Made by a program: the position numbers and the translations under genes. Below the pieces are notes generated by a model that was not told where the DNA came from, did no database searches, and saw only the letters and a list, made by a program, of their open reading frames with translations. A stretch of 63,987 nucleotides of DNA, the filler included, from Nemertoderma westbladi (Eukaryota > Animalia > Xenacoelomorpha): NCBI GenBank assembly GCA_032718475.1. It is 3 parts of 3 records of this genome, joined end to end, with 100 filler letters (N's around TTAATTAATTAA, not from the genome) between each part and the next. Parts side by side here need not be neighbours in the genome. Positions count along the whole stretch, not along the records: positions 26,682 to 54,835 come from JAUCBJ010007131.1; positions 54,936 to 63,987 come from JAUCBJ010003942.1; 1 more part is not named here. One strand, written 5' to 3'. This document shows positions 50,298-62,830 of the stretch, one piece after another. The first letter of the stretch is position 1, and every line of letters begins with the position of its first letter.

Positions 50298-51656
50298 CTA
50301 CAAACTACGTCGCCCATGTCTCACTGCTAACAGATACATGATAGTAAACGAGAATGTGATAATGATGCAGACAGCAGTGACCACATAATTAAATGTTATT
50401 GGACCATAATATTCAATGAGAAACCCAGTAACCCATTGAAAGACAACCCCACCAATAGCAGATCCGCTATTTTGAAACATAAACATTATACTGGACATTT
50501 CTATGTACAGATTCATCCATCCCACAAGTAATGGTGACAGTGGGCTCTTTGATGCTGCAAAGAAATTACTTAAGACCCAAAAGGCGGTGGCATTATTATG
50601 AAAAACAGTAAGCCCAATAGAACTTGCCAGTAAAGTTGAGCAGGAAATGACAATTATCATGGAATATGAAACCCAAAAACTGAGTACAAATGTAATGCAT
50701 CGAAATATTGTAAATGTAATCCAATAGGAAGCCAGTGCGACAGATGCTTCATTTTTACTGAAATGAAGTTGACTAGTTTCTAGGTAGGTAAATACATACT
50801 TCCCATATGCGCGTTCCCCCCCAACGACTCCAATGTAAAAGACAATAAAGTAAACAACCATCTGAATTCTGAAACACATGTCCCCAGGTGCGAGCAGGTC
50901 ATGTCTGAAGACATCGAGTAAGTTAGTCTGTTGTTGGGATGAAGAATTGAAGGGTCCTGGTGTTCCGGTAAGATAAAAAGCAATAAAAACAAACGATAAT
51001 ACAATACATATGAGTCCAACTATTAAGTAGGGAACTTCAATACCCGGATGTGATATATCAGAATCAGTAGACCATGATAGGTGCTGGTTATCTACCTCCT
51101 TTATGTAGTAGTTGGAAAGGAGGACAACTAAGGAGCTTCCTAGGCCATATCCAGCATGCAAAAGACTAGTTAATCCTCCGGGGTTATTTCTCCACATTAG
51201 AACCATGCAAGGGCCACATCCTGTATTGATCAGTCCAGCTGCTTGACCTTTTATGTACATCAACAGAGCCAATACTGACAAACTATTGGTCCAAGGCAGA
51301 AATATCGCCGATATCCCAGCCGACATTAACCCGATTGCAATACCAGCATCACGAAACTTTGTGAAACGATCAAAAAATATCCCCCCCATGATGCCTCCCA
51401 GAAACAGACCGAGGGACCTTGAACTCAAACTACGTCCTATCTCTTCATAGTTGGCACCAACTCTCTCTTGGAGGTCGGGAAGGGTAGGACCCACTATTTC
51501 AGCATACAAACCAAGACTTACATAAACTAGAAATAATGATACAGTCTTGACCAACCGAAACACAACTTGTGATCTTGTCAGAACTATTCTTCCCTCCAGA
51601 GTAGTAGATATATGGGTCAAGGAAACATCAAGTATTTGTTCTTCATCATTGCGCAT
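50298..51656 (-). CDS. MFSD4: MFS transporter, MFSD4/sodium-dependent glucose transporter 1-like, intronless
   Basis: ~452-aa ORF with ~12 hydrophobic segments; LGLYAEIVGPTLPDL, LHAGYGLGS, VGGERAYGKYVFTY motifs. Confidence 0.88.
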   Translation of the reverse strand: MRNDEEQILDVSLTHISTTLEGRIVLTRSQVVFRLVKTVSLFLVYVSLGLYAEIVGPTLPDLQERVGANYEEIGRSLSSRSLGLFLGGIMGGIFFDRFTKFRDAGIAIGLMSAGISAIFLPWTNSLSVLALLMYIKGQAAGLINTGCGPCMVLMWRNNPGGLTSLLHAGYGLGSSLVVLLSNYYIKEVDNQHLSWSTDSDISHPGIEVPYLIVGLICIVLSFVFIAFYLTGTPGPFNSSSQQQTNLLDVFRHDLLAPGDMCFRIQMVVYFIVFYIGVVGGERAYGKYVFTYLETSQLHFSKNEASVALASYWITFTIFRCITFVLSFWVSYSMIIVISCSTLLASSIGLTVFHNNATAFWVLSNFFAASKSPLSPLLVGWMNLYIEMSSIMFMFQNSGSAIGGVVFQWVTGFLIEYYGPITFNYVVTAVCIIITFSFTIMYLLAVRHGRRSL

Positions 51657-51963
51657 TTTCAAAAAAAATATATAGTAGTACTAATTATATAAGTTTTGGT
51701 TGGGCCTAAAAAGTCCATTAGATCATTAGCAAGACCCCATCCACAAATGGGGTTTAACATTAGATTCAGTGTAATTACCGATGTAGGTAAATTTACTACA
51801 ATAGATTGATTGTATTATTTCAAATAATAGTAATCAAATGATCAATAGCAATACAAACAAATAATTAATCTAATGAAACAATCATCAATCTACAAAGCAA
51901 ACATGCCTATTGTAATAAGATGTGTATACTGTATATGATAAAGATGAATTAGATACTGCTGGG

Positions 51964-53102
51964 CTGCTGGATGAGTACGATTCCATCCAGCAAAGCACCC
52001 TGCAGGAAATCTCCAATGTCCAACTGGATGAATCCATATGGGCAAATCATGCTTGCCTGCACATTGTGGGGGTCTAATATAATACTGACCTCAGTTGTGC
52101 AGCTCGCACCTTCGACCTTCCTGGCTTCCATAGCTGCCTGCTCTGGCCTTTCGTACTCCCTCTTTGAGTCTCTAGTGAATGCCCCCTTCCCCTCCTACAA
52201 CCGTGCCCTTGCCACATGGTCCACAGCACCACCATCTGCAATGCCACAGTATCTGATGACTAAATGCACATCACAAATATCCGCCATGCCACGATCAGTG
52301 ACATCACTGTCTTTCACATCACTGCCTAGGACACCACCATCGACTATCCAAACCATTCCAGCAGCCTGCATGTCCCCGGCCACCAAACAGTGGGTCTACC
52401 GGGCCCCTGGCCATAAGGGAAGGCTTGCAGTCCTGGGGGAGTCGGAATCCCTTCCACCACCTAGGGTGGCTAAGCTGAACTCCATGAACCACCCTGCAGC
52501 AGGCCACTGACTCGATGCCATCCCTGTCAGCTCTCTGGGACTGAAGCTGACGAACTTACAGTTCCAGATATCCATCAGTACTCGTGTTGTGTGTAAGCTG
52601 TCAGAATCACACAGCTGTGCTTGTTGTGGCAAGGATGTTGTGCCGGGTGGTCTCCAGAGCCTCTCCTACTTCCACACCAATGTTAAATGACATTGTTCGC
52701 CAGGCACCAGGGTACTCACAAGCTGTGGTGTCACCACTGTGCTTGTGCCTCTAGGCTTGTGTAGAGTGGATGGGAAGCGAGAACGTTGTGTCAACCTGGT
52801 ACCGTTGAGCCATGGGCAGTTCCTCGCATTGGATGTGTTGGTGGCAGATCCCCTCAGCCCAGACGCTATCTGCTGGAAGCCCAACAATTTTCTCTAAATC
52901 CAGAAGAACCTGTAACTTATTGACCAGGGCTACCTCTTCCACCCGGTAGCATACGAGACCCTAGGCTGCCCCACGGTCCTAATACATCTGTGTTCCTAAA
53001 GGAGGTCGGGGACAGACTCCATTCTCACACCCAGCAGCCTCGATATCACATCTTCCTCTTGCAGAGGCTGGCCACCACCATCCTGGTCGGCAATGCGGCC
53101 TC
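51964..53102 (+). pseudogene. Decayed 3' half of a second CRE-like RT-RLE non-LTR element
   Basis: Frame-broken motifs LLDEYDSI..., LPAHCGGL, QLAPSTFLAS, LDAIPVSSLGLKL, HSCACCG, LNDIVRQA, PLGLCRVDGKR, GNAAS. Confidence 0.8.
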
Positions 53103-53323
53103 ACCCAAACTACAGTTACAACATGAAATTGTAATAAATCAATAATTCTTTCTCCAATAGTTATTTAATATTGAAAATTGGAAATTGAAAATATATTTAT
53201 AATATTGTCAATAAATTATCAAACCTGGAACAGGATCAAGATAATATTGTCAATAACCTCATTACTACCTAATGAGCATAACCCACATGCTAACTACTGC
53301 TGCAGTAAGAGATCCTTTCTTCC

Positions 53324-53730
53324 TACTACTAGGATCGGCATGCTGCATTGCATTTTTAAGAATGCTGTTCCGGCTTGTCGACAAAATTGCGCCGCCACAA
53401 CTCCCTATCACCCATGACATTTGCTAGATCATCCGCATCTTCAAGGACAGTGTCCTTTAAGATGCGTCTCAAGAAAGTCATGGATGGGCTGTCCACCCAT
53501 GCTTATTCACTCCATGAGGCTGCCAAAGTACAAGATTGTGCACTGGTTGGTCCTCACAGCGAAAGCATTGTCCTGCAAAGCGGAGGCGATTTTGTTCTAG
53601 TGTCAAGCTTGGGGGGAACCAATGAGACACCTCCAATGTTATATAGATTGCAGATGTGTGCATTGTACGTGACACAATGAACCCGGCGTAGCATTCTTGT
53701 GAATGTGCCATCCAGAGATTTGGTGTCCTT
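53324..53730 (-). mobile_element. RTE-clade LINE, 5'-truncated copy 3
   Basis: Same 3' end and (TAG)n tail with small indels; TSD CTTTCTTCC at 53315-53323 and 53731-53739. Confidence 0.88.
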
Positions 53731-54835
53731 CTTTCTTCCGCTCACTGCTCATTCAATGCAACAGAGATTGTTTTAAGTATTCGAGGTGGGTATATTGCTA
53801 ACATATTGCATGAGATGGTATTATTTAACAATAACATTAAAAATATGGACAATATGTACAGTGGTACACAGAGTCATACAGGTCGATAACTTAACCATAA
53901 ATGTATTATAATAATTATGTACTGTAAATATGTACAACTATTAGAAAATATATGATTATACTAAATTACTACAACTTTTCTCAAGCAGACCAGATGAGAC
54001 TCTTTATTAGCTCAGGTTACTACTACTTATTTCTGAGAGAAAGTATTTTTACACCATTTTTATAATACAATCATGATTCATGATCTCATAATCTAATGTT
54101 GTTTTCTATCTATTCATTTTACTACATGTTGTCACCATATGTGAATTAAATTAAATACAATTTGAAATTAAAATAGTTACATTTATAAGTGATTCAAATT
54201 ACTTCAGCCGCATTGAATCATTGTAACTTATTATTTTGTACAAGATTTTATCTTTGGCGGAATAATTGGTAATGATATTTATGGTATTCATATCAACCAT
54301 GTGTGTGCACGATTCAAGTACGTTTGATCTCCCTAACAAAAAAATTATTTATAATTTAAACAAACAGTAGATATTCAATTGCGGGGATCAGGCTCTTTTC
54401 ATCCCAGAAGTATTATCATATATCTAGGTTAAGGTGAATTCATCTGGGTTATTGAATCAGAAACCCTGCTCCCCCATGCTGCATAAAGGTGGTGCCATCT
54501 GTGGCTGCATAGACCCTCTTACAATGGGAATAACCTGGTCTATTAATTAGGACCCCCTTAGCCCTGGGTTAAGGACCTGCTATACTCGGCAGCAGCAGCG
54601 AAACTGACGAAAGATATGAGTTTAGTTGATAGTATTTCATAAAGTAGTACCAAATTAAGGTTGACTACAAAAAAAATAAATATCATAATATTTAGCATAA
54701 AGTTAGAATAGATGTCCAGAAAAAAATGGATTTTAGGCATGAATATTCTACAACATTGCACATTATTCATCAAAATTACGACTTTCATTTATTTATTGTT
54801 TATTAAAAGCACAATGTTAATATTTTGTTGGGACA

Positions 54836-54935
54836 NNNNNNNNNNNNNNNNNNNNNNNNNNNNNNNNNNNNNNNNNNNNTTAATTAATTAANNNNNNNNN
54901 NNNNNNNNNNNNNNNNNNNNNNNNNNNNNNNNNNN
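54836..54935. other. Assembly gap with TTAATTAATTAA-type linker
   Basis: N run. Confidence 0.95.
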
Positions 54936-55799
54936 CACCATCCTGTCCCATAATAACTTCGTAGCGGCTTTGTGTCGACGGTCGAAAAATGACCATACAG
55001 TAGTGCTTTTTTTCTGACCTTCGTCCTGGAACCCTACGCAGCCGGGTACTATATAGCTATACACCGGCTTTCATTGCAGTAAAGAAAAGTGTAGGCGCCG
55101 TATAACCGCGGTATAATCAGTTTTCAGATCTAGCTCCTCTACTAATTTATTATGCCCTATATTAATTAAATAAAACACCGCAAAGATAGGTGGAATATTC
55201 TGATATTCAATTAAAGGGATATTGCGTTAGAGAAACTGTGATAGGCAAAACAGAAGTAGGCCTAAGCAGCTAGGCTTGTACAGTCTGCAGTCTGACAGTT
55301 GTAGCTAGAATAATTGCTGAATTGCATCGGATCGGATCGGATTGGACGGCATCTGACATATAATTCTACCTCGAATCCTGCAATCAGTCAATACTGCAAT
55401 ACTGGTCAGCCGGTACCATACACTGCAGACATGCCATATCATGTAATCTAATTAAACATGGCCCCGGAACCCTTGCGGTGATTATAGTTTAGGCCTAATT
55501 AGCCCAGTACCGGCACCGGTAATAATAATATAATAGTTTAGATAGTTACCGCTAATCATTCAGTCATTGGCACGGTACACCGTATTGCTGTACTGCCGTT
55601 GTAGTGCGCACCGTAGGTACCACCCATGGCCTACTACACACAGGCCATGACAAGGACTTTGCTGTGAAATTAGCGTAGGCTGACTGTGCTGATTATGGTA
55701 CTGTCAGACTGTGGTACCTAAGCTATATACTGTTAGGTATATTGCTGTATTGGGGTGGGGTTAGGAATAATCCATTTGTTTTAGCATTGAACTGTTGAA

Positions 55800-56447
55800 T
55801 CCCCTATTTATTATAAAACCATTGGAAATATTCGCAAATGCCGCTCCATTACTGTCTGAAACGCTCCCGACAGTCCGATGTATCTGGACCCGAGCAGCCG
55901 AGTTGCTTCAAGAGGTGATTAACGGGGGAATACTACGCAGTGCTACGGAATTGCTTGTTTGTCACTACGATTCTATTTCGATTCTTACTACACTCAGACA
56001 CTGGGAATACGGCGGTCGGTCAGATCGTAATGCGGGCCACTGCCAAGTTCCTCATGCCTCACTCCGGTCACCCACCTTGGAGTGCGGTGGGAAGGGTCCC
56101 ACTTACTGACTTACGTCGACGACTGGACGAATCGACGAGGATTGCGATCTGGGTTTAGCGGCGGCCCGGATCCTGGTATCGCCTGGGGGAAATGGTTGAA
56201 CGCCGGGCATACTTGTATCGCACTGGATTACGTTCTCTGCGACGTGAAAGTGTGAAGCGAATTCGTTGTCGAATTGGGTCGAAAGCTGCGGGAATTCTAC
56301 TGTTCTACGGGAGTAAACCGCAGCGGTCCGGTGACTACGGACGGATACTACTGGGATAAGCAGGTATTTCGATCGAGTTTCTCGTATTCTCGATGCTCGA
56401 CAGCTCGAGGCGGATAGAGAGTTGGTTGTGTTGGGCGGTGTTGTTCA
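55800..56447 (+). pseudogene. ALDH3: Aldehyde dehydrogenase family 3 (ALDH3) pseudogene fragment
   Basis: Across shifting frames: IIKPLEI, VINGG, TGNTAVGQIVMRATAK, LTPVT, LECGGKGP, IAWGKWLNAGHTCIALDYVLC (catalytic Cys region), LREFY, DYGRI, YFDRV, VLGG; in-frame stop and short insertions. Confidence 0.85.
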
Positions 56448-56592
56448 ATTCTATCAAACGTATTAAATAATTGGTAAAATAATAAAAACACACCAGATAA
56501 AGATACTGAGCTTATGGTAAAGAGATAGGCCGAACTTACAATTTCCAAATAGATTGTTCATATAATAAATATATTTTTGGTATTTGATTTCA

Positions 56593-56770
56593 AGATAGGG
56601 GGGGGGGGGGGGGGGACTGGACGCAATAAAAATTAATCCCTCTCCAGGGGAAATTGGACGCAAATAACAACAGCTGATTACTCTCAAAAATAAAACTGTA
56701 ACCTGTTCTATTGTGTTTACTTTATTGTTTTGGTTAAAATAACGTGCCACTGTAACCTGCTCCTTTCCCA
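56593..56770. mobile_element. Truncated second copy of the poly-G hAT-like MITE
   Basis: High similarity to 24820-25018 (GACTGGACGCAA...CTGATTACTCTCAAAAATAAAACTGTAACCTG). Confidence 0.85.
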
Positions 56771-57104
56771 AGCTGCATCCCTAGGTATTATTATTATAAA
56801 GAGCGTCAGCCTGCGTTTAATAAATATATTTTAATACAAAACAGGTCGAACACAAAGAGGCTTATAATGAAGACGAGTACTGCATTGATTATATTCCTAT
56901 AAACCACCTGGCTTTGCATATTGAACGTGCGTTTGGAAATAAGTTCGTGCTACCCTTCCGTGGGTGGTAGATGTCGCGGTTATGTATTGGTGGGTGGGGG
57001 GAGGGGGGGGGGGGGTGCAGATTAAAAGGGGTGAACACGTACTTTCCCCCTTTCTTTGATTAATTGGTGGTGTGGGTTAATCTCTCATAACCTGATTTTG
57101 TGAT

Positions 57105-57258
57105 ACAGTCGCACAATTTTAATTTGTATCTCATAACTGGGCCTCGTGCTGCGCGAAGGCCCCACGAACGTGTCCAGTATGCAACTTGGGGCGTATTGAA
57201 TCAGAATACCACTTCCTTCTCGAATGCCCAATATACAGTAGCTTACGCGAACAATACC
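57105..57258 (+). pseudogene. LINE ORF2 C-terminal CCHC fragment (CR1/L2-group-like)
   Basis: CPVCNLGRIESEYHFLLECPIYSSLREQY. Confidence 0.65.
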
Positions 57259-57264
57259 AGGTTC

Positions 57265-57392
57265 GGTTCGGACACTTCCCCCCGGACACTTCCCCCCCCC
57301 CCCCCCGGACAGTTCCCCCCCGCTCAAGTAGGACACTTCCCCCCCGGACACTTCCCCCCCAGACACTTCCCCCCCGCGGACACTTCCCCCCC
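57265..57392. repeat. GGACACTTCCCCCC repeats (orphan transposon arm)
   Basis: About 7 copies after GGTTC; no partner arm found. Confidence 0.7.
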
Positions 57393-58763
57393 GACTGTTC
57401 GTAACTTCGCACATTCGTATTTTTCATTTTGTAAGGTAAACGGACCGCTTGTATCCAGATAAGTTGTATCCAATTTTCCTTTCGTAGCTCAGAAAGTGAT
57501 CTTTTGCATCCCGATTTTACATTTTATATCCAAGTTTTATTTATGGGTTTTATCAATGCAATTACATCGTATTGTTTGCTAATCTTTAAACAATTAATTA
57601 TATTAGATGACCTATAAATTCCATCCCCGGAATGATATACTGTTTTTATTACCTATAGAATTATAATAATTAATTGTTTTAAATATAGGTATTATTATGT
57701 AATAGTCTTCTTCAAATTGTAGCAGATGGGGATGAATATTATTGTTGCAATCAAAATTATACCTCTCCAGGGTAAAATCAACATGTCGACCTGTATTCTG
57801 TGTTCAGCATTACATATTGATATACATATTACTATACATACTATATATATAGATATTATACACCCTACATATTAAATTTCCTGGTTACTTGCAATATTTT
57901 TAATAGGATTTTGTTGAATTATATAATATTGTAGTAATTTATATATTAAATTTGTTAACATTCAATACAGCTCCTACTTTTAGGCTTAGTCAATTTATTA
58001 TCTGATGATTCAAACATGAATTAATTATTTCAAAGTGGTCTTAAGTCTTTCACCCCGGGCACTCAGGGAAATGCCGGGGTCTGGGGGCGATAAAAAAAGC
58101 TTGTAGTGCTCCCTAGGCGTTAACATTTATTTGGAATTTTAATTTATGTTAAATCATTTGATTTGTCAGGATGTCACTCAGGTAAGCTATTGGATTGCTT
58201 TGTTTACAGTTGGCTCCTGTTGTGCCGTTATAAGCTGATAGATATTTGATATTTTAATGTGTAGGAACTGTGGATTGTGCCTGTGCTGTGGATTTTAGTT
58301 GCTGTGGGTATAAACTGTAATGGAATACAATAAATTATACTCAAGAAATAAAATATATTAAAACATTTATTTTTTACTGAAAATGAATTTCAATAATAAT
58401 TTACTGAAATATGTGCAGTACAAACATACAACTTGTTAAACCAATATAATATAGTAATACTCTAAGATATATCATTGTGTAGTTTGGTTAATACTCTAAC
58501 TCTACTTATGATAATTGCTTTGGTTTAGAAAGTAGCGATGTCCATTCTCGATATATAGGATATCGCGATATCTTATATGTCTGGGACAAGATGGGATAAC
58601 ACGATATACCATTCCCAAGTTAAATATCGTGGTTATGTGTAAGAAACCACAACCACGTGGCATGACTTTGATATGTTTTCTGAATATCCGCGATACAGTA
58701 CAGTAGTATAATGACCATTATGTAACACAGTAGACTATTTAATGATATCGCTATAAACATAAT

Positions 58764-59723
58764 TCACAGCATCTCTAGACGGGATATCGGTATTCTCCCT
58801 TTAGTACCGTCTGATTTCTCCCCCATTATCCAATCGGGATCCATCCCTACCACGGAGTAGACAGTGATGACCTCGTCCGCGAGCGCCGTCAGATCGCTCA
58901 ACTCTACCGGCTCGTTGTCGTAAAGAACCCTCGCTCGACTCCGAACCGTCTTCGCGACCGGCTCCGGTTGAGTCGCAACGCCCCCGGATTCGGAGCTTCC
59001 GTGCGTCGCGACCAAATCATTGCGAAGATCCTCCAATAAGTCGAGACAATGCTTATGGTAAATGTACTGAGTCTCAACGAACTGTCGGGTGAATCCCAAG
59101 TGATGTTCGTGGTGTTCATCCAGACCGTTGCATAGCAACTGCACGATTTCAACCTGTTTATCGAAAGCGGTTTGGGCGGTTTGTAGGTTGGTTTGAGATG
59201 CGAGAGATGGGGATTTCTTCGCTTTCCCTTTGGCCACGTCAAGATCAAGCCGTTTCGTCTCGAGTATCCCCTTTTCCTTCACTATATCTTTCATGTCGTT
59301 GTTGAGAAATCGTTTCATTGGGGCCACATACCGGTTGGTTGACGCGGTTTGGAACTCTTTCTCCGCCAGACCCAGCCGCTGCTCCGTCACTCCCACCTTG
59401 AGGAGCGCCCCTCCGTATTTCCCGTCTCTTCCGAATGTATGTCCCGCCGCCACCATCGATCCTCCCAGCGCTTCGGTGTCGGTGAATCTCTCAGGTGGAG
59501 CTTCGTTTAGTTTCTTGGTAACGAAATCGTCTAGCCTTGCTGCGGGATTGGGTGTCAGCAATACCTCCACGTTGCCCACCATTACCTCTGTTAATTTCTT
59601 AGTGGATTCAGCGACATCCAGTTTGTCTTTAATCTCCTGAGGCAACTCGGTTTTCTCAGCACTTCCAACCGCTTCTTCCGCCATTTGTTTTGCTCGATCA
59701 AACATACCCCCTAATTTATTCAT
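58764..59723 (-). CDS. SH3GLB1: Endophilin-B (N-BAR + SH3), intronless
   Basis: FDRAKQMAEE.VGSAEKTEL, L.PNPAAR, YGGALLKVG, LE.KRLDLD..K; SH3 RARVLYD..., LADEVITVYSVVGMDPDWIMGE...KGRIP. Confidence 0.92.
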   Translation of the reverse strand: MNKLGGMFDRAKQMAEEAVGSAEKTELPQEIKDKLDVAESTKKLTEVMVGNVEVLLTPNPAARLDDFVTKKLNEAPPERFTDTEALGGSMVAAGHTFGRDGKYGGALLKVGVTEQRLGLAEKEFQTASTNRYVAPMKRFLNNDMKDIVKEKGILETKRLDLDVAKGKAKKSPSLASQTNLQTAQTAFDKQVEIVQLLCNGLDEHHEHHLGFTRQFVETQYIYHKHCLDLLEDLRNDLVATHGSSESGGVATQPEPVAKTVRSRARVLYDNEPVELSDLTALADEVITVYSVVGMDPDWIMGEKSDGTKGRIPISRLEML

Positions 59724-61250
59724 CGTTGATATTTATGTTCTCGAAAATAAAGTGAAATTATCTAAATTATAAGTTATAAATAATTATAAATACAAATTCG
59801 ATAAATTATATATTAAATTATGAGTTGGTAGGACCATATTATAAACAATTAATAATTGTGAAGATATTTTGTAACTTTTTATAGATTAAATTTTATCATT
59901 GTAAATAGAGAAGGGCGCATTTAAAGTAATAATAACAGCCCCAACACACTAAACAATATCAGATTATACGTGTAACCTAAGAAAATAATACTAAATATTT
60001 GTATCTTTCGAAACCCTCAAAGACCATATTGAACACGTTCTTCAAGATGGAAGCGTGTGGTGGGAGAAAGAATGCTACGTTTTCATAATGATCAGTTTAC
60101 AGACAAAATCAGTTTACAGAAAAAATCTGTTTATGGACAAAATCCGTATTCAGAAAGACGAAAGTGAAACATAAATATCGTCGTTTACAGTTTAAATTTT
60201 TTATAAAATTGTTGGAAAGAAAAAATATTTTTTATACAAAATAGAAACTTCCTTCCATCCAGATATTTTAAATATCTCAAGAATGACTTAAAAGTAATTT
60301 ATTCAGAAACATCCAAAATGCAATATTATTTATTCCGAACTGTTAGAAAGATAAGTACTTGGGAAATACATTATATGAGCTAACCAGAGCAGCAAGTGCA
60401 CCATATGGCGAGGTTAGACTGTCGTTCCAATCTGTCATTGCCCCATTAAAGTGGGATTGAAATGAGCATGGCATTATCATATTTATTAGGCATTGCATTA
60501 CTCAGTGCCGAAGATTAATATACGAATAGCAGCAGTACGCAAAGTAACAACGAATAGGAAATAGGCTAATTCGAAGTCAAGATTGGACTTTTGACCAACG
60601 AGAAAGGCTGAATATATAATATCAACCTTCTTCATACTATCACATTTTTGATCTCTTATAATTTATCACTTTAATTCCTTTGGTTAGCGGATTAAATCTG
60701 TCAGTTTCCTGACGGTGGGGGCAGCTTGGTTAATAACTACTAGGATTGGCGTATGAATAAATCCAATGAATATTAATCAAACAGGGCTAAATGTTTCAAG
60801 GGTTGAATTCCGGAAAGAGTATCATTGGTGACCGAAATATCTCATCTTTAATTAATAATATTCTGAAATACACGAAAAGACAAAAACATAGTGTATTACT
60901 GTAAATCATTGGTGACTTGTCTAATATACACATATTTTTAAAAGAATTTCTCGAATTATGTTGCAGAACTCCACTCTTACAGTGTGCCATTTTCCTGGTA
61001 CCAGTTACCAACTCCTGAACACTCTCCTGTATATTAGAGAAGTCAACGAAGCTGACCCCGCCTGTTGATTGGTGATTCTCAAGGGTATAACTTTTCGCGT
61101 ATCCGTATCCGTATGCATTTGCTGTATCCGTATGTACATACGCGTATGTGCGTATGTAATGGATTCCTATGGAGAATAATCCATATGTGATTTTAGAAAT
61201 TAGGCATTGCGGACCAGTAAGAAGTGCACAGCACACATGCAGACTGAAGA

Positions 61251-62426
61251 CAGGTAGGCCTACTTAAAGCAGTAAAGCTAAGTGATTTAAAGAGTGTGGC
61301 TGCCGCTACATTATGTCAAATAAACAATGCAGGACAGGTCCAGGATAAGTGACCGCCAGTGTCCGCCAGTCCCGGGATACGCCAGCAGTGCATTACCAAT
61401 TAACCAGTTAACTCTTCTTGACGCCGCTTGGGAAACTAACCAACCGTGATTTATTTTTGAACTGTTTTTCCACCAACCTGGCTATACTACTACTAGGATC
61501 GGCATGCTGCATTGCAGCTGCATTTTTAAGAATGCTGTGCCGGCTTATCGACAAAATTGCACCGCCACAACTCCCTATCACCCATGAGATTTGCTAGATC
61601 ATCCGCATCTTCAAGGCCAGTGTCCTTTAAGATGCGTCTCAAGAAAGTCCTGGGCTGTCCACCATGCTTATTCACTCCATGAGGCTGCCAAAGTACAAGA
61701 TTATGCACTGGCTGGTCCTTACGGCGAATGCAATGTCCTGCAAAGCGGAGGCGATTTTGTCCTAGTGTCAAGCTTGGGGGAACCAATGAGACACCTCCAA
61801 TGTTATATAGTGTCTGGTTGGAGATGTGTGCATTGAACTTGACACAATGAACCCGGCGTAGCATTCTTGTGAATGTGCCATCCAGAGATTTGGTGTCCTC
61901 AGCAGTTAGAGCCCAGCATGGACTCCCATAGAGGAGTACTGGAACTACTGCCTTTTTCCACCAACCTGGCTATAGAATGATGTTGGTTGCTACAGTATAT
62001 GGCACTAACATAGTATAGACTGATAGAAGCAGCAATGAGAATGCTAAGGGAATAAACATTCGCACAGATATTGAAAAACGTCGTGTCAGTCTGTCCTTCT
62101 TTGTGAATTTATTAACTTTACTTTCGCTGTTTCGGGGTCGGGGCCAGTATTTAGTTAACCATATGCAGCCAAGTGCCAACAAGTCCAACCTAGTGCTACA
62201 GTAGTTAGTCAAACCACGTGTCAGCGAGTGCAACCGGGTGCCAGTAATTAATATAAGTCCAACCGGGCGGCCAGGTGTCAGTTAGTACAATAAAACAAGC
62301 GCTGTGGCGCATCCCGGGACTGAAGGACATCATCTGTCACTCATCCAGGACCTACAATGTTTATTTGCCATTAGGTAGAGGCAGCCGCACTCTTTAAATC
62401 ATATCGCTTTTAAGTAGGCCTACCTG
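61251..62426. mobile_element. Old MITE with ~130-bp degenerate TIRs hosting RTE copy 4
   Basis: CAGGTAGGCCTACTTAAA..GATTTAAAGAGTG.GGCTGCC at 61251 and its reverse complement ending at 62426; no TSD. Confidence 0.7.
61487..61952 (-). mobile_element. RTE-clade LINE, 5'-truncated copy 4
   Basis: Same 3' end; 22-bp TSD TTTTTCCACCAACCTGGCTATA at 61465-61486 and 61953-61974. Confidence 0.92.
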
Positions 62427-62830
62427 TGCTACCAAAGAGCAATTTGCAACTTTGGCAAATGTGAAACGTTGTTTTTAATGGTGCAACATGTGCCGCAGAG
62501 TGTGGTCGGCAACAAGAAACGACAGAAATGGTGCTAATATATCCCCATAGTAACATAAAGGCATGTGCTTTACCAACTGATTTGGAATTGAATGAGGTAA
62601 AACCTTGAGACAAAGATCGAACTGCTGCACAAAAAATATGAGGGACATCAAAAGGATTTCAAGTTTCAATATCATGAAACGCGAGGTGACGACTCTGAAA
62701 CCCTATAGAGGTGCTAATTTTTGTGGCTTATTTCCTCCAGTGAGTCTCCGACGTAATATAATGGTTCCATAGTGTCTCTAGAGTGAAGCCATTCAGATAA
62801 CTCTACAAATTAGCCTTTCCGCGGGAACCC

